A stretch of 64,000 nucleotides of DNA, from the NCBI RefSeq assembly GCF_009914755.1, contig NC_060940.1, one strand, 5' to 3'. The notes beneath the pieces were generated by a model. The model was not told where the DNA came from. It did not search any database and saw only the letters and a program-made list of their open reading frames with translations. Positions 40,425 through 55,907 of the stretch are shown piece after piece. This DNA is from the human T2T-CHM13v2.0 reference genome, Homo sapiens. A program made the position numbers and the translations under genes. Positions within the stretch are counted from its first letter, which is position 1. Each line of letters begins with the position of its first letter.

Positions 40425-41612
40425 CCACCTCACACCCATTTGGATAGCCACTATCAAAAAACAGAAAATAACAAGTGTTAGTGAGGATGTGGAAAAATTG
40501 GAACACTTCTGCACTGCTAGTGGGAATATAACATGGTGGAGATTAAAGGAGATAAATTACCACCAACCTAGAATTTTATATACAGTGGGAAATACCTTCA
40601 AAAGTGAAGATGAGGCTGAGGCGGGAGGATCACTTGAGCCCAGGAGTTCATGTCCAGCCACGAACATGGTCTCTCACGTAATGAGACCCTATCTCTTACA
40701 AAAAAGGGAAATCTATATTTTTATCTTGGTGGTCATTGCAGGGGTTTATTTATGAGTAAAATTTCATTAAGCTATATAATTAAGATTTACACAATTTATT
40801 ATTTGTGCATTATATCTCAATAAAAAAGGTAAAAATAAAAAAGAAAAGTAAAATGGTGAAACTACTATAGAAGGCTGGGTGTGGGCTCATGTCTGTAAAC
40901 GCACTTTGGGAGGCCAAAGTGGGAGGATCGCACGAGCCCAGGAGTTTGAGACCTGCCCAGGCAACAGCATAGTGAGATCCCATCTCTACTTTAAAAAAAA
41001 AAAAAAAACTGCTACAGAAAACAGTATAGAGCTTCCTCAAAAAATTAAGTATAGAATGACTATATGACCCAGCAATTTCACTTCCGGGTACATACCCAGA
41101 AAGTGTGAAGACAGGGATTCGAACAGATATTTGTTTACCCATGTTCATAGCAGCATTTCGCAATAGCCACAAGGTGGAATCAACCCCAGTGTCCATCAAC
41201 AGATGAACAGATAAACCAAATGTGGTATATACAGACAATGGAATATTAACTGGCCTTTAAAAAGAGGACATTCTGACATATGCTACAAAATGTGCATATG
41301 AAGACATGTTAAGCTACATAAACCAGTCACAAAAGAACAAATATTATATGACTCCACTTATATGAGGTACCTAACATTGTCAAATTCATAGAGACAGAAA
41401 GTAGAATGGTGGTTGCTGGGGGCGGGGGAATTGGAAGTTATTGTCTAATGGGCACAGAGCATCTGTTAGAGAAGAGTTCTGGAGATGAATGGCAGTGATG
41501 GTTGCACAACGATATAAATGTACTAATACCACTAAACAATACACTTTAAAATGGTTAAGATGATCAATTTTATGTTATATTTATTTTATCACGATTACAA
41601 ATTTTTAAAGAA
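40425..41612 (+). mobile_element. L1MB 3' region with nested inserts (composite 40539-40844; FLAM/Alu monomer 40873-41008)
   Basis: L1MB 3'UTR (gtcaaattcatagagacagaaagtagaatggtggttgc). Monomer TSD aaactactatagaa / aaactgctacagaa. Confidence 0.88.
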
Positions 41613-41624
41613 ATACTTATTTTA

Positions 41625-41912
<288 letters not shown>

Positions 41913-41935
41913 AGAGAGAAAGAAAGAAAGAGAAA

Positions 41936-41971
<36 letters not shown>

Positions 41972-42031
41972 AAAAAGAAAGGAGAGACAGAGAGAAGGAA
42001 TGAAGGAAGGAAGGAAGGAAGGAAGGAAGGA

Positions 42032-42115
<84 letters not shown>

Positions 42116-42125
42116 GAAAAGAAAT
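41913..42125 (+). repeat. (GAAA)n/(GGAA)n compound tetranucleotide repeat from Alu tail
   Basis: Seen directly in the sequence. Confidence 0.97.
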
Positions 42126-42157
42126 ATATATTAAAAAAAAAAAAAAAAGAATCAGCC

Positions 42158-42300
42158 AGCTGGGCACAGTGGCTCATGCTTATAACCCCAGTGATTTGGG
42201 AGGCCCCAGAGGGAGGAATACTTGAGACCAGGAGTTCCAGCCCAGGACCAGCCTGGGCAACATAGCAAGGCCCTCTCTCTACAAAAAAAAGAAAAAAAAA
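42158..42300 (+). mobile_element. FLAM/Alu left monomer
   Basis: gctgggcacagtggctcatg...cctgggcaacatagcaagg plus A-tail. Confidence 0.85.
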
Positions 42301-42857
42301 ATCAGTGAAAAAGGAATCGATCTCAGGTTACTGGATAGATCCTAGTTTTATTCTCCAAAATAGAAATCTGGAAAGAAGAACACATTTTTCACCTGGAAAT
42401 TGGAGGAATCCCTGAGATGCTAAGTTCACATTTACACTTACCATGTGTCTGAGGTATCTGTGCAGCATCCAAGTGGAGAATCAGACAGAAAAAGCAGGGC
42501 AGAGGGGGCCATAATAAAAACCTATTCAGGCATTGAGGCCATGGTTGAGGTCATGAAAGTGGCTGAGATCATCCAAGGAAAGTGCCAAGAGTGAGAAGAG
42601 GATGAGAAAGAGCCCAGGGTTGGGCCTAGTGGCTCACACCTGTAATCCCAGCACTTTGGGAAGTTGATGTGGATGGATCGCTTGAGCCCAGGAGTTCAAG
42701 CTTGCTTCTACATTGCTGATTCTCTTGAGTATGGCCAATAAAAGAAGTTGATGAAATTGGTTTTGGGGACACCACTTTCTTCTGATTCCCTTCCGCTTGT
42801 GCCACTGGGTCCCTCTTTCTCTCCTCTCCCTTTAAGCCTCTGTGTGTCTTTAGGCTC

Positions 42858-43080
42858 CCTCCCCCTCCTCCTCCTTTTTCTTCTTCCTCCTCTTCCTCTT
42901 CTTCCTCCTCTTCCTCTTCTTCCTCCTCTTCCTCCTCTTCCTACTCCTCCTTCTTCTTCTCCCTTCTTATTCCTCCTTCTTTCTATTTCTTCTTCCTCTT
43001 TCCTTATCCTCCTCCTCCTCCTGCTCCTCCTCATCCTGCTGCTGCTGCTGCTGCTGCTTCTGCTTCTGCTTCTTCCTCCT
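42858..43080 (+). repeat. Pyrimidine-rich (CTT/CCT)n tract with (CTG)7 at 43036-43056
   Basis: Seen directly; adjoins the tail of a minus-strand Alu. Confidence 0.95.
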
Positions 43081-43285
43081 TTTATGAGATAGGGTCTGGC
43101 TCTGTCCCCAAGGCTGGAATGCAGTCATGCAATCTCAGTGCCACTCCACCTCCTGGGCTCAAGAAATCCTCCCACAGCATTTCACTGTGTTGGCCAGGCT
43201 GGTATCAAACACCTGAGCTCAAGCGATCTACCCGCCTCAGCCTCCCAAATTCTGGAATTATCTGTGTGAACCACTGTGCCAGCCT
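43081..43285 (-). mobile_element. Internally deleted Alu (AluJ-like)
   Basis: Right arm stops at aatcctcccacag and jumps to tttcactgtgttggccagg. Confidence 0.85.
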
Positions 43286-44027
43286 CTGCCTTTCTCATTA
43301 GGACATTTGTGACTACATTTAGGGCCCACTCTGATAATTCAGGATAATCTCCCCATGTTAAAATCCTTAGTTTTATCATATATTCAAAGCCTTTGCCATA
43401 TAAGATAACACTTACAGGTTCCAGGGATTCAGATCTGATATCTCTGGGCCTGTTGAAGCCTACAGCAGTCTTTGACAAAAGTTTTTCAGGTTTCTATGAA
43501 CCGATCTGATGTGGCCCTCAGTGTTCAGGACAGGACCTTATTTACTTACTCCTATTTCCCTTGAACTATCTAAGAAGTAAGTAAAAATTAGAAGTAACAC
43601 AAAACTGAAAAAGAAACTTGCATATTATCCCAAAGCAACATTCATTACCTTGGAGGGACCCAGAGTTTATGATGCCCACAAAGTCTCTTTCCCTAAAATC
43701 TCTTTGCCCACAAAGTCTCTTTCCCTAAAGTAAATGTTTCCCCAACTCTAACATTCAGGCAACACTTTCAAATTATTGCCTAAATAGAATACCACCTATA
43801 TTCTGCATAACACTATTATTATTTACATAATACTTTATTAAAGGTACTTTCTTTTTAACCTAAATAAACATGGTTTTAAAGAAAATTTTATTTCACTATT
43901 GAAAGGGGAACACGAATATCACCTATCATAAAATACAATAAAAACTAAATATCCAAAATTCAAGATAGATACTCTGGCCTGCGAAGTATCTGAGTCTGAG
44001 GCCTGCTCTCGTCAAATGGAAAATTTT

Positions 44028-44489
<462 letters not shown>

Positions 44490-44896
44490 TTAAACTAGCA
44501 CCCCCTGAGACTTTCTCCTCAGTATAACCAAGAGTGAAAGGCAACTGAAAAAGGAATGACTCTCTCTCCATTTCAATATTATAAAACTCCCTGTCTGTCT
44601 ACCACCTAAAATGTGCACCATTCATTCACCACTTAAAATGTTCACACTGTAGACTTTAGGAATCGTTGCTCCTAGCAAAAAGGGGGTTCTGCAATCTACC
44701 CAGCTCACCTCTACCTCACCTTGAGTTTCTATCCTATCCTTATCTCCCGTGTCTATCTCTGAGAAACAGACATTAAGAAGCAAATTAGTTATTCAGTTCC
44801 TACATCACCACCCTCTGAACCTCAGTTTCCTTGTCTGAAAAATGGGGTTAATAATAGTACCTTTCATAGAGTCGTGGTGATAATTAAATCAGTTAA

Positions 44897-45140
44897 ATAT
44901 ATATGTATTATATAATATATTATTAATATAATTATTAATTATATATAATATACATATAAAATATATAAAAAATATATATTATAATACATAATTACAATAT
45001 ATAATTATGTAATTATACATAATTATATTACATACAAATTATATAATTATAATAACATATATCATTGTATATAACATACAACATTATATACTATGTTATA
45101 TTTATTATATATAATATATAGTATATATTTTATATATGTA
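44897..45140. repeat. AT-rich (TA)n low-complexity tract inside a MIR
   Basis: Seen directly; MIR sequence on both sides (cctcagtttccttgtctgaaaaatgggg ... acctgatatgtagtaaatgc). Confidence 0.9.
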
Positions 45141-45464
45141 ACATTTAGATTAATACCTGATATGTAGTAAATGCCTTGTGTCTGCTATATTAATAATAAT
45201 AATTATTATTATTCCCATCAACTGGGCATAAAAATTTCTTTTTTTTCCCAAAAAAAATTTGTGTTTTGCCTTATGCTGAGCTCTGTGGGGACCAGAAGAG
45301 GAATAAGGCTTTATTCTTGCCTTTAATTAACTTATAATTTTATCAGCGGTAAGTGAATAACATGCCAAAAACTAAAAACAGTTCTATAGCAATTTTTTAA
45401 AAGCCTATGCTAGAAGCCAAAATCACATGAAGGACAGATCAACGCTGACCCGCGGGCTGTTCTC

Positions 45465-45905
45465 CTTTCCATCTGCCTCTGCAGATCCACCCTGTACCCC
45501 TGTCTCCCTGCTCTATGCCTCCAAAGATCTGACCCCTGTGGTCTGAGCACCCCAACCCCTTGTGCTCTTCCAGTTAGAGCCAGCCAATGGGAGGCACCAG
45601 CAAGAGATGGGATGGTGAGAGGAGAGAAAAGTTAAGATATTTCCTCCCCATTTCTCCCTGCCATAGAGCTGTGCCTCCAACAGTGGCTGCTTCCTCTCCA
45701 TGGCTGCAAGCCAGCCCAGCTCCAGTCCCTTTCTTCCTTCCCCTCACCTCTTCAGGATTCCAGCTGTTGCTGGTTTCTGGAGACTTCAGCATCCCTTATT
45801 GGTCCCTCAGCTCTGCCTACACCTCTGTAAATAGTTCCTTCGTTGAATCTCTTCAGTCAAATCTTTTGAAGGGAATTCTGCTTCCTGCCACGATCATGAC
45901 TGATC
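45465..45905. mobile_element. LTR33-like ERVL LTR
   Basis: ctctgcagatccaccctgtacccc...cagccaatgggaggcaccagcaagagat. Confidence 0.65.
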
Positions 45906-46180
45906 CAAGAACTACAGGGCATCAGTAACCTGAGAATTATCTAATTACTCTAATGACTTGGAACACGGGTGCTAAGGAACATTAAGAGCTTGATGTGGAA
46001 GATGATAGAATAATTCAGACTTGCTCTATTGGTCAAATGATCCTGTAGTAATAATAGTGATGACTGCCACATTTTGAATATTCATTATGTGGCAGGCACT
46101 TTATCAAGTCCTTGCATCCTTGGCATGCCTCTTCTCATTTACCCTTCCCCAAAACCAATAAGTTTATTAACAACCCCCAC

Positions 46181-46474
46181 TTTTTTTTTTTGAGACAGGG
46201 TTTCATTCTGTCACCCAGGCTGGAGGGCAGCAGCGTGATCGTGGCTCACTGCAGCCTCGACCCCCACCCAGCTCCAGTGATCCTCCCACCTCATCCTCCT
46301 GAGTAGTTGGGACTTCAAGTATGCACCACCGCACCCAGCTAATTTTTAAATTTTTTGTAGGGGTGAGGGTCTCACTACATTGCCCAGGCTGGTCTTGAAC
46401 TCCTGGACTCAACTGATTCTCTCACCTCAGCCTCCCAAAGTAGAGGATTACCGGCATGAGCCTCCATGCCTGGT
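46181..46474 (-). mobile_element. Alu (AluJ-like)
   Basis: T-tail and diverged dimer. Confidence 0.94.
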
Positions 46475-46804
46475 TTAGCTACTACCGGCATGAGCCTCCA
46501 TGCCTGGGTTAATCGTAATTTTAAAATAAAGAAAAGGAGATAGAGAGAGTCAGGGTTGTGGGGAACAGGGTATGTGGCCTCCCTTCTGCTACGATGCCAC
46601 TAGATGTGAGACATCGTAAATATCAGAGAACTAGGAGAAAGAAGTACCTTCACTGCCCTTTTTCCTGAAGCACATGATTGCCTGAAATTTTTTTAAGTAT
46701 CTTGTCCCCAACAATGTATTGTTTTCCAAGATTCCTCAGATTTGCTCTCTCTTGGCTATTTTAGAATATTTGGGTTAAAACAAATGGGCAGGAGAAAAAA
46801 ATGC

Positions 46805-47012
46805 ATATATATTATATATACAACTTTATATATATTACTATATATATATAACTATAATATTACTATATATTATATATATATTTATATATATAACTATATT
46901 ACTATATATTATATATATTTATATATATAACTATAATATTACTATATATATTATATATATATTATATATAACTTTATATATAATATATATAGTTATATAT
47001 ATAATATATATA
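46805..47012. repeat. AT-rich (TA)n minisatellite-like tract
   Basis: Recurring tatataactata(a)tattactatata unit. Confidence 0.92.
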
Positions 47013-47154
47013 CATACACACATAGTTTGTGAAAACTGATTATATCATTTAAAATCATATTACTTGACTCAACTTGCTAATCTGATTACCCCATTACTTT
47101 CTAGGTAGCTTAACACTAGCATGCACTGGTGTAGCCCTCCTTTCCTGGCAGGGG

Positions 47155-47189
<35 letters not shown>

Positions 47190-48767
47190 GTCTCTCTCTC
47201 CGTCTCTCTTGCCTTTTTCCCCACACCCACCCCATTCCCCTGGCTCTGGGCTTTATCCTCCAACTACCTCCTTTTCCCCTAAAGAACACTTTTTCTACCT
47301 ATTTTTTCAACTATTATAACAAAAGCTTTCAAGTAAAGCAAACAATGCTGTTTTCCTCCCAAAGCCAGCTGTTCCCTGACACAAAGTAACAGTGATACTA
47401 AACACTGCTAGCAATTGTTATGAAAATGCATTTCCCTGTATCCTGTTGTCATGGTAGCTAAAGATCAAGACATGCCTGCTACAGACAGCAATTTATACTG
47501 ATTTGAAAGACTGTTTGGGGAGAAACATTAAAATGTATAATCGAATGCATTTGAAACCATGGCCCGACAAAGTACAATATCAGTTATTCAAATAACATTT
47601 CTAAAGAAAGTACATCATTTATTTCAATCAATGTTGTGTTCATTATCTATGCTCACGGAATTAACTTTAATTTCCAGCACACTGGCAATTTTATTATTTT
47701 TCTCCGCATTCAGAATCCTCCCATTACCTTTGCTCAGGCACTGGGCAGCATAACACAGACAGCAACACCCAGTTGCATCGAGACCCAGAGCTGCTATAGC
47801 ATTTTTTTTTCTCTATGGCTTCTTTGTTTGCTGGAATGGGGGCATCCCTTAGGTGAATTATTCCCTTGGACAGCAACTGCTTGAAATGTTGCAGCATGAC
47901 CTATTCGCCTTCATGCAGATTGTAGTATCACTGCAAGATACTGTACCATATATATCACGTTTTTGCTTCTCCATGAGGGAGGGGAAGCAAAGTACAAGAA
48001 TAAGAAAGATGGAGGTTGGACAATGCCAAACACAGACTATAAAGGGTTTAGATGCAAATAATTGAGTACAAAATACCACTTTTATTAACAATTTGGATGG
48101 TGGTTCTTGTCCCTAATCCTTCTTATTGGTTATCCCTCAAAATCACCCAGGGAGATGGCTGGCATTTGGCAGGCAGGGAAACAGAGGCATGGGCGGATTA
48201 AGGGACTATGGTCACAAAACAGATCAGTAGCCGAGCCAGAAAGAGAACTCAGATTTCTGACATTCCTGAGCCATTGTTCAGCCAGTGGCCTCCTGAACAT
48301 GGGTCTAAGGAATTGTATTGAGATTGTCTAAAGCTTAACTGACTGCCACCCCTCCAAAGATAATTAGTTACACTACTTTTCCCATAGCTGTGTAATGCAC
48401 ACTAACATTTTAGCCTTGACCTTATGAAATTGACTTTCATTTCATTTCAGGATGGTCACAGATTTCATCCTCGCTAATCCTGCCCCTTTAAAATTGGCAT
48501 TTGCATGCCAGAAGCTGCTAGTAGCCTCCCATAAGGTCCAGCTTTCCCTCTTAAACTGTGCACTCAAGTCAAATGTGTACATCCACACTTAGCATGAGAT
48601 ACTGCATTCAGGTGAATCACCAATTTACTGTATCTCCCCTCTCATTCTTATCCCAGAATTCACAGGACCTTGTGAAACTGGTCACATACTTGAAAAAGGA
48701 AGCAGCAAAAAGTGTCATTTACAGACTACATCTGTGCATTGCACACTATTCCAAGTATTCGGCACAT

Positions 48768-49398
<631 letters not shown>

Positions 49399-49419
49399 TA
49401 GCTGATAATTTTAAATAAC

Positions 49420-49790
49420 ACACTAAACTAAGTTATTATTCAGTTCTATAGATGAGGAAACTGAGGTACTTGGAAGTTAAGTAATTCGCCCAGTGTAATA
49501 CAGCTAGTAAGTGGCAAAGCCAAGATGTGAACACATTTGCTTGGCTACAGAATCTGTGTGCTCAGCCACTGTTGTAAGTTAAGCTGCCTGGGACAGAGTG
49601 ATTAAGAGTTTAGGCTCTGGGACCCAACAAATCAAGGTCCATATCCCAGTTGCACACAAGACCTTGGATAAACAGCTTCACTCAGCTCCAGGTTGATAGG
49701 TTATAATAATTACGGCAAGATTTGCTAAATCAAATCATTAGCACTGTACCTGGCACATAGCAACTTTCTAAAAACATTAGCTGCCCGCCA
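49420..49790. mobile_element. Two MIR fragments in opposite orientations
   Basis: tagatgaggaaactgaggtacttggaagttaagtaattcgccc; ttagcactgtacctggcacatag. Confidence 0.75.
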
Positions 49791-50491
49791 TTGTTAAGAA
49801 ATGAACAAGTTGAGAGCAAATGAACCAGGAAGTCTGGCCCACAATAGAATCGTCCAAGGAGGAAAATCGACATCTGGAAAGAACACATTTCCCTACACAC
49901 TCCACTAAAGGGTGGGCCAGAATAGAAGGGGAAAAATGAAAGAAGTGGGATGGTGTGACAGGGGAACAGAGAAGCTTTTTCAAGTAAGAGGAGGCTGGCT
50001 GTGTTTTGAACAAATTAAGATAAAGAAGGTGAGTCAACACAAGACTTGCTCTGGGGATGAAAGACACTCTAGTGAGCTAATTTGAGGCAATGGCTTCCCA
50101 GGGTGATTGAATTAAACACTCTCTTCAGCCAAACAACCAGTTCTAACTGATTTTTTATTTTTACCAATACGTTAGTTGCCTGAATTAAGCAACTAACTCC
50201 TTGGTGCAATACGATCATTTTTCCTCTCTATCTACTCAAAGACAGACGAGTTTAAATTTCTCTTTCAGGAAAGAAACATTCTCTCATCGGAAACCATAAA
50301 GCCAGAATAAAGCTCCAACTTCCATGTGGCCAACTTCCCAACATTAGGAGTCATGAAATCACTGATACTGAAAATTCTTCTAGGATATCTTCTAGGACAA
50401 AATGAGTATCTTACAATATCTCCATGATCTAGAAATTTTCCTGTGGTTCTAGTCTAATGCTAACCTTACTTTTTTCCTGAAGTCCTGTTCT

Positions 50492-50834
50492 GTCTCTCTC
50501 TCTCCCTCTCTCTGTCTCTCTCTCTTTCTCTCTCTCTCTCTCTTCTTTAAGGGACAGGCTCTCACTCTGTGTCCCAGGCTGGCATGCAGTGGTGCTATCA
50601 TAGCTCACTATAGCCTCAACTTCCTGGGCTCAAGCAATCTTCCCGCCTCTGCCTCCTGAATAGCTAGGACTACAGGTGTACACCACCATGCCCTGATAAT
50701 TTTTTAAAATTTTTGTAGAGACCAGGTCTCACTATGTTGCCCAGGCTGGTCTCAAACTCCTGGCCTCAAGTGACCCTTCCACCTGGACCTCCCGAAGCAC
50801 TGGGGTTACAAGTGGAAGCCACCATACCTGGCCA
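50492..50834 (-). mobile_element. Alu (AluJ-like) with (TC)n tail
   Basis: TSD agtcctgttct / agtcctgctct. Confidence 0.93.
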
Positions 50835-51926
50835 GAGTCCTGCTCTTTAAAGAAATTAGAGAAAACATAGGTGGTGAAGTCTGATCTAATAGTCAAAGAC
50901 ATGAAGACTAAGACTCAAAGAACTGAGGTTGAGTCCAGGCTCTGCTACTCACTGAATGGCTGGTTTATGTCTGGTGTTCCATTTATAAAATGACCATTTG
51001 TCAGCTTTAGGATTCTATGATTTTTGTGAACTCATTCTATGAGAAAGATATTCTTTGATCAGTAGATACTATCTATCGCATGATTTATTATTGAGGGGGC
51101 ATATTTTCATGGTTGGTAGTTTTATATGATAATCACCAGTCCCTAGGAACTTGGAATAATTTCACCATCAAAATTTTCCATTATAGTGGCATTATAGCTC
51201 TGTTTCAACAAGCTTGCTCAAGTAACTTTTCCATTGCAAATTCACATAATAGCATTATAAATGGCATCTCCAAAGACTTCAATTAAAATTGATTTGTCAT
51301 TGTAATCTTAGCTAATAATGGTATGGTAATGGCATTATAATGAGGAGATCAAAGACTTACATTGAAATTATTTTGGCATTGTTATCCTATATTCTAAATG
51401 GCTTTGAATAGGCTGTTCTATACATAGATTTGAAACTGTTGTGTCACAGTGATATGAAAAGCTAAGAGACTAGGTAGTGGAATCATTCACTCTTTTTCCC
51501 CAAAGCCCAGCTTGGAATTCCTTCTAACCTTTTCATCTCCTGTAAAGGTGCACTTCAAACAAAGCTTCAGTCTAATTCCCCCTATCCAGCATCACAGGGC
51601 AAAAGAAAGAGATTGAGAGGATGCTAATGAGTGTCTAGAAATGCTGCTGTCAGCTGAGGCTGGAGCCAGCACAGCTCACCCTCCTTCAGTAGATGCTGGG
51701 GCCTGAGTGCTCCTCTGCTCTGGGCTAAGGCTGGGAAATACTGAACCAGAGGACAAAAACCAGACCTGAGCTAAGGGGTCCTGTTAGCAGAGACAACACT
51801 TGTGCTCCTTCACAAGTGGTCATGCCTGGAATCAAGATCCTGCAGCATCTCAAGTTTACTGTCTCTTGTTTCTCTCTTGCCTTGTGGCTTTGCAGTAGTG
51901 ACCCTTTTTTTAAGTCATTTACTTTC

Positions 51927-51933
51927 CTTTTTC

Positions 51934-51964
<31 letters not shown>

Positions 51965-52011
51965 GAGACAGAGTCTCGCTGTGTCACCCAGGCTGGAGCG
52001 CAGTGGTGGGA
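51927..52011 (-). mobile_element. Severely 5'-truncated Alu
   Basis: About 50 bp of Alu 3' end plus T-tail; TSD-like tcatttacttt / tcatttgcttt. Confidence 0.8.
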
Positions 52012-52019
52012 TCATTTGC

Positions 52020-54840
<2,821 letters not shown>

Positions 54841-55510
54841 ATCTAGCTATGACCCTTGAGGGCATTGAGTTGGGTTGAATCCTTTGGCTCTTGGCTGTCT
54901 GGCTATGAAACCAGCCGTGTGTATGGTTGTTTTTGTGTTTACTTGTTTACTTTGACAGGGACATAAATGAAATAGCATGAAATATAGGCTCAGTTCATAT
55001 TTACTTTGCAGAATATTCTATGATTTTAATATTATTCTAGTTTAGAGAATATTATTATTTTGGGTGACACTATAACCAATAATCAAGTAGTTCTTAACTA
55101 CATGACAGAAGCTATCCTAAACACTTTAAATAGAGTTGATTCTCCTTATTCAAGGTAGTTATGTTCTATAAAGTCACCACAAACACTGAATTAATGAATA
55201 CTGAATCATTGCTCCTAGGGGAAATACAGAGTTAAGTTCCTGTGAGTCTCCAATCAAAACGTTTTTGATAGCTCATCAATACACAACCTTGTTTCATGGG
55301 TGTTTCCATTTAAAGACACCTTATTTAGTGGATATTGTTAATTCATCCACAATGAACTCATGACCAGCAGCACTACAACTCATAACAGAATGAAGCTTAT
55401 CTAATAAATGTATTTTCTACATAAGAAACACAACAGCCTCCTGGTGCATAGAAACAATAGACAGCACTTGAGCATTATGCTTCAGGGCTATTTTCAACAG
55501 CAAAATCTTT

Positions 55511-55907
55511 TTTTTCAAGTTTATAAATGCATTTAATGAAATAACTCAGAACAGTAAAACATGGAGCAGACAATGATGCTTTGCAGCAAATTTGCACCTG
55601 TTTGGACAACAGATTGAGGTCAAGACCCCATTGAGTTCAGGGAATCTCAGCTTCTCAAAGTTCTAGCTAACCAGTGCTGGGGAGGAAGCTACCACGATTG
55701 ATGATAGGAGCTGAATAATAAAATAAAAATAAGGACACTCAAGATGTATTACCCTTTAAGACAGGTATTCATAAAGCATAGTTCTTTAATTTCACTTTGT
55801 AGCTCTGTCCGTATTTAGTCAACTTCCACCCTACCTGGCACTTAAAAATGGCTATCTAGATTATTTTAAAAGGTAAAAGTGGAAGCAAAATTGATTTAAA
55901 AGTATTC
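55511..55907 (-). other. L1 3'-transduced flanking sequence with second poly(A)
   Basis: Non-L1 sequence between the L1 tail (55908) and a second T-run (55508-55515), lying inside the TSD; minus-strand ATTAAA at 55532-55537. Confidence 0.85.
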
